A stretch of 64,000 nucleotides of DNA, from the IMG/VR virus record IMGVR_UViG_3300028840_001395, positions 1-64,000 of that record; one strand, given 5' to 3'. The position numbers and the translations under genes were made by a program. Every line of letters starts with the position of its first letter. Position 1 is the first letter of the stretch. Below, piece by piece: positions 8,568 through 17,713 of this stretch. A model generated the notes under the pieces. It was not told the DNA's origin. It ran no database searches and saw nothing but the letters and a program-made list of their open reading frames with translations.

Positions 8568-9269
8568 CTACGCGGTCAGGACGTAGCCGTGGGAGGCCTT
8601 CTTCTCCTTGGCCTCCTCTTCCTTCTCTTCCTGCATGGACTTGGCGGCCTCCTCCTCGGAGTCGTCGGCGGCCTTCTTCTTGCCGCCTTCCTTCTCGTCG
8701 CCGTCGTCCTTGTCCTTGGCCTCTTCCTTCTTCTTCTCGATGTTCTTCAGGAACTCGGGAGGAAGATCCTTCTTGGCCTGGCGAACGACGGTCGCGGCGA
8801 GGTTGAGCGCCTTCTCGACCTGGGCTGCGGCCTCCTTGGGGAGGTCACCCTCACCGATGGCGGCAGCGAGGCCACCGAGGGCAGCCTGGACGCCGGGGCG
8901 CGGGGCCTGGGGATCGGTCGTGATGCGGTCGGGGCCGATCTCGCCGCCCTGCTGCTTCTCGCGCAGCTCGCGGTTCTCCTGCTGCGAGAACTCGCCCTTC
9001 ATGTAGGCCTCATCCGGCTCGTCCTCCAAGGGACCGGCCTTCTCACGCCCGATGTCGTCGGGGTCGAAGCCCTGCTCCTTGACGACATCATCGCCGGTCA
9101 GTGCGACCTTCTCCAGATGATCGGAGAGCATGTCACACCGCAGCGAGAAATCGTGAGCGATCCGCTTCTCGACCCCGAGGGTCTGGAAGTCCACCTCGAA
9201 CAGGTTGGCGAGCCGATCCAGGTCCGCTGTCACGGCCTGTGCGCCCTTCTTGGTCAGCTTCTGGGTCAT
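8568..9269 (-). CDS. Hypothetical head-associated protein with charged C-terminal tail
   Basis: AGGAGG RBS before ATG 9269 (MTQKLTKK); late motif upstream; tail shared with the scaffold-like protein. Confidence 0.75.
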   Translation of the reverse strand: MTQKLTKKGAQAVTADLDRLANLFEVDFQTLGVEKRIAHDFSLRCDMLSDHLEKVALTGDDVVKEQGFDPDDIGREKAGPLEDEPDEAYMKGEFSQQENRELREKQQGGEIGPDRITTDPQAPRPGVQAALGGLAAAIGEGDLPKEAAAQVEKALNLAATVVRQAKKDLPPEFLKNIEKKKEEAKDKDDGDEKEGGKKKAADDSEEEAAKSMQEEKEEEAKEKKASHGYVLTA

Positions 9270-12200
9270 CGTCTGGTTCCTCCTCCGAGTTCCATCCGTG
9301 GAAGCTCTGCTTGGGCACACACTTGCCCTTCGCTTATAAGGTTCCACGTATAGAAAGAAGATTGAAAAACTTTGGGCGAAGATGCGAAACTTTGAGCCTC
9401 TTTGCCCTGCGACTTGTACTTCTTGTCGAGATTCCCGATGTCCTGTTCCTCGACCGTATCTCGAATTTGTGCCCCCGTCAGAGAGTCCGGAGCAGGTTCA
9501 CCTATGATCTCACGGGCAATATCCTGGGCAATCTCGACCTGCTGGACACGAGCCTTGTTCGAGACTTCGTTGCACTTATTGATCTTTTCCGGGTCACCCT
9601 CGGCATCTGCCAGGCACTTCATCAGCTCCTTCTGGATCTGGGCGAACCGCTTATCGTTCCGCAGCGCCCCCTGGGCCGACTTGACCTTTTCGTCAACCTC
9701 ATCCTGGTCGTCGGTGCCATTCTCCCCCTTCCGGGCCGTCTCGGTCAGGAAAGCGTGGATCGTGGTCATCCCGTCCAAGTGGAGGTCTTTCAGCATATCG
9801 GTCAGAACCTTGGCGGACTGCTTGTCCTCGTCCTCATCCGAGGAAGCCTTCTCCTTGATCACCTTGATCATGTCCTTGTAGGGGCCGTTTTCACCCCCTA
9901 CCAAGGAGTACAGCTCATCGTCGGACACCTCTGACATCACCCCCTGTACAAGTTCCCGGCCAGCCGGGCTGTGGAACTCATCCGTGGACATCCCGACGAG
10001 CTTCATCGCCTCGCCCTTCTTGTGAAGGGCCTTGACCAGGGCCTTCATCTCATCGGCGGGTTCCTCCCGGAGGGGGGATATCTTCTCGTCGTTGACCAGG
10101 GCGGCCATCGCCAGGCCATTGGCGATGTTCTGTAGCTCCGCGAACTTGTTCTCATCATCCGTATCTTCGAGCAGCTTCTCCATCTGGGCGATGGCAGCCC
10201 CTCGAAGTTCGGGGGTCATCTTGGAGTACTCCTGGAACGCCTGCTCGGTACGCTGGCGGAGAGCATCCGCGTCCTTGGGCTGGTCGTTGACCTTGGTGCC
10301 TCCAACCAGGGTGGGGTTGGAAACAACCTTCCTGGCCAGCGTCTTGGCAGCGAGGGCCTTGGCGCTGTCCCGGAGGTTCATCCCCTGGCCGAAAGTGTCC
10401 TTCTTCAGCGCCTTGGTGGCCTCTGCGATGGTCTTGTCGGAGAGAGCGTCCCCAGAGAACACGCCCGTCTTGAGCTTCTCAAGCTCATCGGCGTAGGCCA
10501 TGAGGATGGCCCGCTTGTCCTCGTCGCTCTCGACACCCTTGAGTTCCGCCGCGAAGTTGGTATCCCCGACCTGGCGGGCCACGTTGTCGATCTTGTCGAT
10601 GTCCGCCTGGAGCTTCTTCTTCTCGGCCTCGGCCTTCCGCTGCTCAGCCTCTTCCTCAAGGCGCTGCGCCTTCTGGGCGAGGGTTTCTTCCTCAACCTCG
10701 GTCTTCTCATCGGGTGTCAGAGGCTCTCCCTTGGCCTTCTCGGCATCAGAGAGAGCCTTGGACTTCTCAGCCAGGCTGAGACTGACTTCCTCATCCCCCT
10801 TGCCCTTTTCGGCATTCCTCTCATCTGCATCGTCAGGATCGAGCTTGCCCGCAGCCATCGCAGCGGCATTCGCCTCATTCTTGGCGTGGCTATACTCGCC
10901 ATCGGGGAGTCGGAGCCCCCACTCGCCGTTCTCCTTCTGCCAGTAGTCGCCGGGCTTCTTATCCTTGCTGTCCTCGGGAACCTTCCCGGCCAGCCGGTCG
11001 AGCCAGCGCATGGCAACCCGCTTGTAGTTGAGGGAGAGATCCTCGTCTGTGTCCGCCGTGCCGCCCTCGGTGTCCTCATCCCCCATGTCCACCCGCTTCT
11101 TCTTCAGATCCTTGCGGGGTGGCTTGAACTTCGGAGCGGGCTTGACGAGATCCTCGACAGCCTCATCTTCCTTCTCGGCGTGGGTCTTGGTGGCGCGGCG
11201 CGTCATGTAGGTGTGGCCCGGACCCTTGCCCGTCTCCACGAAGCCTCGCTGCTTGAGCATCCTCACGGCATGGGGATTCACGGCATCGAGGCAGAACTTG
11301 ATGTCTGGGAACGGATCGGTCAGGTCATCGTAGTTGCTGATGGCGATGTCCATCAGCTTGCTGCCCAACGCCTTGCGCTGCCAGGCGGGGTCCACCACGA
11401 TGTCGAACTCGTAGCACTCCCGGTCACCAGAATCCGACGAGTCGAACAGAGCTGCCACAAGCTGTCCGTCAACCTCGTATCCGGCTACCCAGTCCTGGTG
11501 AGACAGGACACGGATGCCTACCCGCTGTGCGAGATCCCACGGGTCGGAGCCACGAGGGATGCGCCAGACGAGCTTCGGGGATCCTGCGGTGAGGATGTCC
11601 TCGAACTCCTGGCGGTAGCGGTCGATGATCTCGATGACCTCTGCGAAGCCACCCCCTGCAGCCTGCTTGTCCAGCTTGGTCTTGACCTGGCCCGTCGCCA
11701 GGAAGGTGTCTTCGAGGCCCGGAACGAGATACTGGCTCTTGAGGGTCGAAGGCTCGTGGCCGACCTCCTTGGCGGTCTCTTCCAGAGCCTTCTTGAACTC
11801 CTCCTTGAACTTCTTCTCGCGTTCCTTCTTGTCGTCCGGGGCTGGGTTGCCCTTGTTCCGGATGGCCTTGAGCTTGTTCTGCATCACCCGGTTGGCGTGC
11901 AGCCCCCGGATGTCCTTGGCCGTGATATCCATCGGCTTGAGGTAGTCGTTGACCGTGGTGGAATCGACCTTCACGTCGTCCACCTCGAACACCGGATCGG
12001 TGCCGGACTTGTCCTTGACGGCCTCCCGCAAGACCCGGACGATATCCGGGTCACGGGTCTCCTTCTTCTGGCTCACCCCGGACTTGCCGACGTACTTGAT
12101 CGTGGCCTTGTCCTTACCCACCGTGACGTGCTTGGCCTGCCAGCCGGTGACACCGAAGTGACCTTCCTTGGCCGAGTCGGGGTTGCCCACGCGCTCGTAG

Positions 12201-15200
12201 GTGTCATTGATGAGACCCACAGCCAACGCCGTGAGACGGGTCTTGAGGTCGTCAGAGGACAGATCCTTCTTGACCTTCTTCTGGAGGTCACCGAGCTTCC
12301 CACGGAGCTTCTCGACCCGCTTGGCCTTCTCCCGGTTCCGATGCTGAACCTGGCCTTCCGAATACTCGTAGACTGTGGTGGTGCCCTTGCCGTCCGCCTT
12401 GGGCACTTCCTTCTTCTTCTGGTACTTGGCGGCTACTCGCTCCGCCGGAGTCGCGTTCGGGTGAAGCTCCCGCCACCGCTCGTAGGGAGTCACATTGTCG
12501 CAGTCCGTGGACTCCTCACCGTAGGGGGACTCGATCTCGATGTCCCCGACGCACTCATCGGTCGTCTCCAGAACCTCGGCCCAGACGTACTCGGGCTCGC
12601 CGGTCATCGGCCCGAACACGGCACGCTCACCTTCCTCGAAGGCTTCGCCGTCAGCGGCCATGCGGGAGGCGAAGCGGTCAGCCACGTTCTCGACCAGCGG
12701 GGCGTCGCTGATGAGGAGAGGCACCGAATCCTCGGGGATGACCCAAGAGCCGATCTCCTTGCCATCCTCATCATCGAGTTTCAACTCGGTGTACTTGACG
12801 TTAGCTGCAGCCCGCTTCTTGCGAGGTCTCTTACGGGGTTTCTTGCGGGGCTTCGGCTTGGGCTTGTCCTCGTCGCCTCCGCTTCCCCAGATGCGCTCGA
12901 AGTCCTCCAGATGCTCTTCGGGCAGCTTCTTCATCACGGCCAGCGCAGAGGCATCGCAGAAGTGCTCCTGGGGATGGGTCGATGAGTAGGGCGTCGGGTA
13001 GTTCTTGTTCGCCCGTGCTGACCGGAGCAGCACCTTGCGGATCTCATGAATGGGGATGGGGAGCACCCTGTCCTGGTTCGGAACCTGGAACCAGTAGTTT
13101 TGGTCGTCCATCTTCTCCACGAAGAACGGCCCCTTGATGCGGCGCATCCTGATGGGAAGCTCATCACCCACACCCGGCATCTCGATCTCGGGGGTCTTCT
13201 GACCCACCCGGATGTGGTGCATCTCCCACTCACGCTGGGCCTTCTTGTCCCCGAACTTCTGCCACCACCGATGCGACAATTCGTGGATGATGTTGTGAAC
13301 CACATCCATGTTGAACCGGGCGAAAGGCCGGATATACATGTCGTCCCGCTTGCCGTTGTACCAGGCCATTGTCTTGGCTTGCTGTAGCTGCGGGACGATG
13401 AACACGTCGCCGTAGAGGGTCTTCTTCAGAGTCGCCGGAACCTTGGCTGCCCGGATGAGCTTCGCGGCCTTGTTGATCGTCTTCTTGACGTTCTCCAGCT
13501 TCTTGCCCGTCAACCCCATCGTGTTGTGAACCATGAACGGGCCGAGCTTGAACTTCTCCTCCGTCCCCTCCACCTTGTCGCGCCAGTGCTGGGTCGCGTT
13601 GAGGAAGTCGATGTGCCGCTGGGTCTTCTCCATCCACGGCCCGAACTTGATCGGCATCCGGCGGGCGGACATGAAGTGCCGGGCCGCCAATTCCAGACCC
13701 TTGTGCTTCTTCGCTGGGACGTGCTTCAGGTCGAGCACGCCTTGGGCCACATTCCGGCCATGAACGACGAGCCAACCCCAGGGATTCTTGAGTTGCCTCT
13801 TGATATGGCGATTCTGGAGGGCCTCGGGAGGCACCTGGCGAAGAACGTCTTTCAGGGCCTTCCAGAGTCCCATCAACTCCTGATAGGAATTGGCCAGGTC
13901 TGCGGGGGTTGTGAGCGTCGCCTGCTTCTGGTATCGGAGGGCTACCCGCTCGGCAGATGCCTGCTTCTCCTCGGGCCACGGCTCGGGAGCCGGGCGGATC
14001 TTGAACAGCTTGAGTTCCTTGTTCTGCTTCCGGCCCTTGGGGTAGGGCTCGACCGTGACCACCACATCGCCTTTCGAGTCGGTCTTGAAGCCCTTGATCT
14101 TGCCCTTCTTGTTCTTGTACTTGCCGTAGAGAACCGAGTCTCCGATGTTCAGCTTGAATGTGGCTGCGATCTTCCCACCCTGCACCTCCGAGGGCACCTG
14201 GTAGTAGACGATATCGTCCTCATCGCGCACGTTCAGCCGGTGCGGGGTCTTCTTGAGCATCGAGACCCCCTTCTCGAAGGGAATCATCTTGGCGTTCTTC
14301 AGCACCACATCCCTGTTCCAGACCACCTCCTCGGGATACCCATACTTGGGCACCGTGGGAGTCTGGAACGTGATGGCAACGAGCTTCTCGCCCATCTCGG
14401 GCTTGATGTGCGTGGTCTGCACTCTGGGAACGAAGTGCCCCCAGCGGGACGACACGGCGGTCACGTTGTCCGTCCCGAACTTCTTGTATGGGGGCCTCAT
14501 CTTGAGCTTGCCGTCAGCCAGAATCAGGCGTGCCCGGCGGTTGGTCGTGAAGTGGACGAACGCATCGTCCTTCACGTCCATCAGGTAGTGGGTGTGCTGG
14601 TCTTGAATCGGCGTTCCCAGCCACACCATCCACTCGGGATGAGCCTCGGGAGCCCCTCGGAGGGCCATCTTCGTTCGCCCCCACTCACTGGCATCATCGA
14701 ACATCACAATGAACTCAGGCTGACCGCGAAGTGCCCCCGTGCGCCCCCCGCCCAGCGCCTGACGCACCTTCTTCTCCAGACGACGTGGATTGGCAGCCAG
14801 CACAGGGTCAATCAGGAGAGCCTGGCGGGCGGCCTCGGTGATCTTCTGGAACTCCTTGCCCGTCAGTCCGAACTCCGAAGCGAGTGCCCTCATGTCCATG
14901 ACCTTGCCCGGCTGGGCCAGGACAGCAACGAAGGCATCGGACTCATCGGCGCTCATCTGGACGGTGATCTCGCGGACACGCTGCCGCTGCCGGGCATCGA
15001 GGAACCCCAAACGCTTCCCGGTGGGCATACCCAAGTCCATCAGGTCGAACAAGGTCGCCAGGTCAGCCTTCTTCTCGGCCCAGTTGCCCAGTGCCGAGGC
15101 GAAGCCCTTGTCCTTGCGGGCGATGTCCTTGACCACATCGAGGAGACCCAGGCGCTTCATCTCCAGCAGGGCCTTCTTGCCCACTCCGCCCTCATAGAAC

Positions 15201-16693
15201 GTGTCGATGATCATGTTCGACAGGTGGGACGGCGGGACGTTCTGGAGCTTCTGCCTGTTCCGCTTGATGGAGGCTTCCACGTCCGGGGCGATCTTCAGGC
15301 CATACTTGAGCAAGAACTTGATGGCCCTCACCATCCGGCTCGGGTCGTCCGCGAACACCTTGTCAGGGTTCTGGGGGCACCGGGCAACGCCCTCCTGCAA
15401 GTCCCGCAGGCCACACCCCGTCAGGTCGATGATCTCGGCCTTGTCCGGCCCCTTGGCCAGGTCGAGCAGCCTCCACATCAGCGTGTTGAACGTGAACTCC
15501 CGACGAATCACGTCCTCCTCGATGGTCGAGGGCTCGACCATGTGGGGCTTGTAGCCCTTCCCGGCCTGACCGCCGTAGCTCTCCTTGCGGGCGTTGGCGA
15601 TCTCGATGACCTCACCGTCGAGGTTGGCCCCTCCGACCTCCCAGTCGCCCTTGATGGTCAGGATGGCCACGCCGTAGTTGTTCGTGGTCAGATTGGTCGG
15701 GACAGGAATCGCCCTCTGGAGCTTCTTGGCGAACCACTCCGAATCACGACCAGCCGCGATGGAGTCAATCACCACGTCGATGTCCTTGATAGGCTGGTTG
15801 ATCACGAAGTTGCGGACGGCTCCACCCACGACGTAGGTGTCCTTGGCGACCCCGAGCTTCCGGGCCACGTCCGAGAGGAACTTCATCAGCGCCCGGCTGG
15901 CCTGGTCGGTCATCTCGGACAGGTGTGTCGAAGCCACTCGATTGGCAGTGGCACTGCCAAAAGGAATGGTCTGGAGCTTCGGGAGCCCCCAGACCTCGAT
16001 GTTATCGAACTCCCAGTCGCCTTGGGGCACATCGCCCTTGTAGACCGCCGTGAGGCCGTCCAGGTAGGCCAGAGTGACGTGGGGGCGGTAGATGAGCGGG
16101 AACTTGTCGTCCACCCGAAGGCCTGCGTCAATGAGCTTGTCGCGGAGCTTCCAGCGAATCCCGGCCATGTCGTGACTGTAGCGGATGCCCATCAGGGCGA
16201 CCCTGCGGCCCTTGTCGGGATGGACGAAGTATTCGGGGCCTTGGAGATGGGCTCGAACGGGCTCCCGGATCTCCGCGAAAGCCTCCCGCGAAGCGTTGAG
16301 GAACGCTTCTTCCTGGTCTGCCGGGACGTTCCCGACGTAGAGGAATGTGGCGTGGGGCTTGGACTTGTCCTCGTCGCCCAGCGGGGGGAACTGGCCTGCA
16401 AGCTCCTTCGGGACAGGGATGAAGAATCCGACCCCGGTGCGGTCGCCGGTCTTCTTGCCGTCCTGGGAGTCGGCCTTCTTCTTCGGCTTTGCCGGATCCT
16501 CGCCGTACTTCTTGCCGACCTGGCCGCCCTCGACCTCGCGGTGCTTGACGATATCGCCCTCGTGCTCCTTGCTCCAGGACTTCCAGTGCTTGTCGCAGAA
16601 CCAGGCCCGGCCCCGGCCCTCGGCCCAGACACACTCATGGGTCGGGGGCTTGCTGCATTCCATGCACTTCGACATGGAATGGCGGCCAGCCAT
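9266..16693 (-). CDS. Giant polyvalent virion-associated protein: Zn finger, 2H phosphoesterase, CCA/poly(A) nucleotidyltransferase, ART-like, SH3-like, zincin, topoisomerase IB, GNAT, helical tail
   Basis: PHATF/PHVTL (2H); GGAVRN..KDID, RREFTFN, DDPSR (class II NTase); HFTT...I..G.L; HELSH..QEHF; YERVGN, GKSG, KDIRG, GH...QY (TopIB); VVDPAWQRKALGSKL (GNAT). Start chosen at ATG 16693 with GGAG. Confidence 0.85.
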   Translation of the reverse strand: MAGRHSMSKCMECSKPPTHECVWAEGRGRAWFCDKHWKSWSKEHEGDIVKHREVEGGQVGKKYGEDPAKPKKKADSQDGKKTGDRTGVGFFIPVPKELAGQFPPLGDEDKSKPHATFLYVGNVPADQEEAFLNASREAFAEIREPVRAHLQGPEYFVHPDKGRRVALMGIRYSHDMAGIRWKLRDKLIDAGLRVDDKFPLIYRPHVTLAYLDGLTAVYKGDVPQGDWEFDNIEVWGLPKLQTIPFGSATANRVASTHLSEMTDQASRALMKFLSDVARKLGVAKDTYVVGGAVRNFVINQPIKDIDVVIDSIAAGRDSEWFAKKLQRAIPVPTNLTTNNYGVAILTIKGDWEVGGANLDGEVIEIANARKESYGGQAGKGYKPHMVEPSTIEEDVIRREFTFNTLMWRLLDLAKGPDKAEIIDLTGCGLRDLQEGVARCPQNPDKVFADDPSRMVRAIKFLLKYGLKIAPDVEASIKRNRQKLQNVPPSHLSNMIIDTFYEGGVGKKALLEMKRLGLLDVVKDIARKDKGFASALGNWAEKKADLATLFDLMDLGMPTGKRLGFLDARQRQRVREITVQMSADESDAFVAVLAQPGKVMDMRALASEFGLTGKEFQKITEAARQALLIDPVLAANPRRLEKKVRQALGGGRTGALRGQPEFIVMFDDASEWGRTKMALRGAPEAHPEWMVWLGTPIQDQHTHYLMDVKDDAFVHFTTNRRARLILADGKLKMRPPYKKFGTDNVTAVSSRWGHFVPRVQTTHIKPEMGEKLVAITFQTPTVPKYGYPEEVVWNRDVVLKNAKMIPFEKGVSMLKKTPHRLNVRDEDDIVYYQVPSEVQGGKIAATFKLNIGDSVLYGKYKNKKGKIKGFKTDSKGDVVVTVEPYPKGRKQNKELKLFKIRPAPEPWPEEKQASAERVALRYQKQATLTTPADLANSYQELMGLWKALKDVLRQVPPEALQNRHIKRQLKNPWGWLVVHGRNVAQGVLDLKHVPAKKHKGLELAARHFMSARRMPIKFGPWMEKTQRHIDFLNATQHWRDKVEGTEEKFKLGPFMVHNTMGLTGKKLENVKKTINKAAKLIRAAKVPATLKKTLYGDVFIVPQLQQAKTMAWYNGKRDDMYIRPFARFNMDVVHNIIHELSHRWWQKFGDKKAQREWEMHHIRVGQKTPEIEMPGVGDELPIRMRRIKGPFFVEKMDDQNYWFQVPNQDRVLPIPIHEIRKVLLRSARANKNYPTPYSSTHPQEHFCDASALAVMKKLPEEHLEDFERIWGSGGDEDKPKPKPRKKPRKRPRKKRAAANVKYTELKLDDEDGKEIGSWVIPEDSVPLLISDAPLVENVADRFASRMAADGEAFEEGERAVFGPMTGEPEYVWAEVLETTDECVGDIEIESPYGEESTDCDNVTPYERWRELHPNATPAERVAAKYQKKKEVPKADGKGTTTVYEYSEGQVQHRNREKAKRVEKLRGKLGDLQKKVKKDLSSDDLKTRLTALAVGLINDTYERVGNPDSAKEGHFGVTGWQAKHVTVGKDKATIKYVGKSGVSQKKETRDPDIVRVLREAVKDKSGTDPVFEVDDVKVDSTTVNDYLKPMDITAKDIRGLHANRVMQNKLKAIRNKGNPAPDDKKEREKKFKEEFKKALEETAKEVGHEPSTLKSQYLVPGLEDTFLATGQVKTKLDKQAAGGGFAEVIEIIDRYRQEFEDILTAGSPKLVWRIPRGSDPWDLAQRVGIRVLSHQDWVAGYEVDGQLVAALFDSSDSGDRECYEFDIVVDPAWQRKALGSKLMDIAISNYDDLTDPFPDIKFCLDAVNPHAVRMLKQRGFVETGKGPGHTYMTRRATKTHAEKEDEAVEDLVKPAPKFKPPRKDLKKKRVDMGDEDTEGGTADTDEDLSLNYKRVAMRWLDRLAGKVPEDSKDKKPGDYWQKENGEWGLRLPDGEYSHAKNEANAAAMAAGKLDPDDADERNAEKGKGDEEVSLSLAEKSKALSDAEKAKGEPLTPDEKTEVEEETLAQKAQRLEEEAEQRKAEAEKKKLQADIDKIDNVARQVGDTNFAAELKGVESDEDKRAILMAYADELEKLKTGVFSGDALSDKTIAEATKALKKDTFGQGMNLRDSAKALAAKTLARKVVSNPTLVGGTKVNDQPKDADALRQRTEQAFQEYSKMTPELRGAAIAQMEKLLEDTDDENKFAELQNIANGLAMAALVNDEKISPLREEPADEMKALVKALHKKGEAMKLVGMSTDEFHSPAGRELVQGVMSEVSDDELYSLVGGENGPYKDMIKVIKEKASSDEDEDKQSAKVLTDMLKDLHLDGMTTIHAFLTETARKGENGTDDQDEVDEKVKSAQGALRNDKRFAQIQKELMKCLADAEGDPEKINKCNEVSNKARVQQVEIAQDIAREIIGEPAPDSLTGAQIRDTVEEQDIGNLDKKYKSQGKEAQSFASSPKVFQSSFYTWNLISEGQVCAQAELPRMELGGGTRR
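9350..9365 (-). promoter_or_regulatory. Putative late promoter TCAAT-N7-CTAT
   Basis: Minus strand tcaatcttctttctat, ~80 bp upstream of the 9269 start, inside the 3' end of the giant ORF. Confidence 0.6.
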
Positions 16694-16694
16694 C

Positions 16695-17666
16695 CTAGCT
16701 CCAGGAAACGACTTCAAGGGGCATCCCTTCCCAGACTCGACCCTCATAGAGCCTCATCAGCTTGTCCAGGAACCACTCGTGGGATGCCGGATCCCACGGG
16801 GCATTCCCATCCGCACCGGGCCAATCCGGATTCTGGACAGCGAACTGACCCTCCCGTGCCCCGCCTCGCCCCAGCGTTCGGGGGAGCATGTAGATGCTGT
16901 ACCCCTCGTCCTGGGCGATATCCTTCAGATATCGGTATAGATACGGAGCTTCCGGGCTGTCCCTGAAAGCTCCCTCGATGACGATAGGGACTCCGGGAGG
17001 CACGTCATCCTGCACGTTGATGGTGATGGAACCCTCTGGAACACGGGCCTTGATATACTTGGAGGCCACACGCCTCGATGTCCGCATCTGGAGGATCTTC
17101 CCCGCGTCCTCCTGGGCAAAGTGCCACATGGACTGGACGGTGGAGGCAAACGCCGAGTATAGCTCCTCGGCTGACCTCTCCTGCCCATGACAGGTGACAT
17201 CCGGGTCGTCACAGTGCCGGGCGTTCCGGTAGTCCAGATACATCTGGGCCAGCTCGTCCCGCTTCGCTTTCGGAAGGGCCATGAGGGACTTCATCGGGAC
17301 GCCCAGGATCTTGACCGCCTCATCCACCCACTCGTTCTTGGGCCAGCACACGGGGTTCTTGTCCTCGACACACCTGAAAACGAACTCGAAGACCGCCCGA
17401 AGCTCCTCGGGTTGAGCGGGCCGACCCCAGACGTAGCGGTAGGACTGATCGATGTCCGCCAGGACATCTCCCATCATGTCGGCAGGGCCATCCCCGTTGT
17501 ATAGCTCGGTGCCGTCGTATCTGCCGGGCGGCTCGACATGAGCACCAGGTTCGCCCGGCTGGATAGTCCACCAGCCCGCTGTCCGCTCCAAGTGCGCGAG
17601 AACCTTACGCATCTGGCTTCGGGCTGCGACTTTCTGGGACAGGATCTGGCGCACGCGGGCCTCCAT
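16695..17666 (-). CDS. Hypothetical virion protein (modular)
   Basis: Late motif upstream; QKVAAR and RRVASKYIKA motifs. Confidence 0.7.
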   Translation of the reverse strand: MEARVRQILSQKVAARSQMRKVLAHLERTAGWWTIQPGEPGAHVEPPGRYDGTELYNGDGPADMMGDVLADIDQSYRYVWGRPAQPEELRAVFEFVFRCVEDKNPVCWPKNEWVDEAVKILGVPMKSLMALPKAKRDELAQMYLDYRNARHCDDPDVTCHGQERSAEELYSAFASTVQSMWHFAQEDAGKILQMRTSRRVASKYIKARVPEGSITINVQDDVPPGVPIVIEGAFRDSPEAPYLYRYLKDIAQDEGYSIYMLPRTLGRGGAREGQFAVQNPDWPGADGNAPWDPASHEWFLDKLMRLYEGRVWEGMPLEVVSWS

Positions 17667-17697
17667 ACGGAGCTAACCTTCTGTATGGAGGGAGAAT

Positions 17698-17713
17698 ATA
17701 GGACTAGAAACGA
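17698..17713 (-). promoter_or_regulatory. Putative late promoter variant (TCGTT-N7-CTAT)
   Basis: Same spacing as the other copies; overlaps portal stop codon. Confidence 0.45.
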
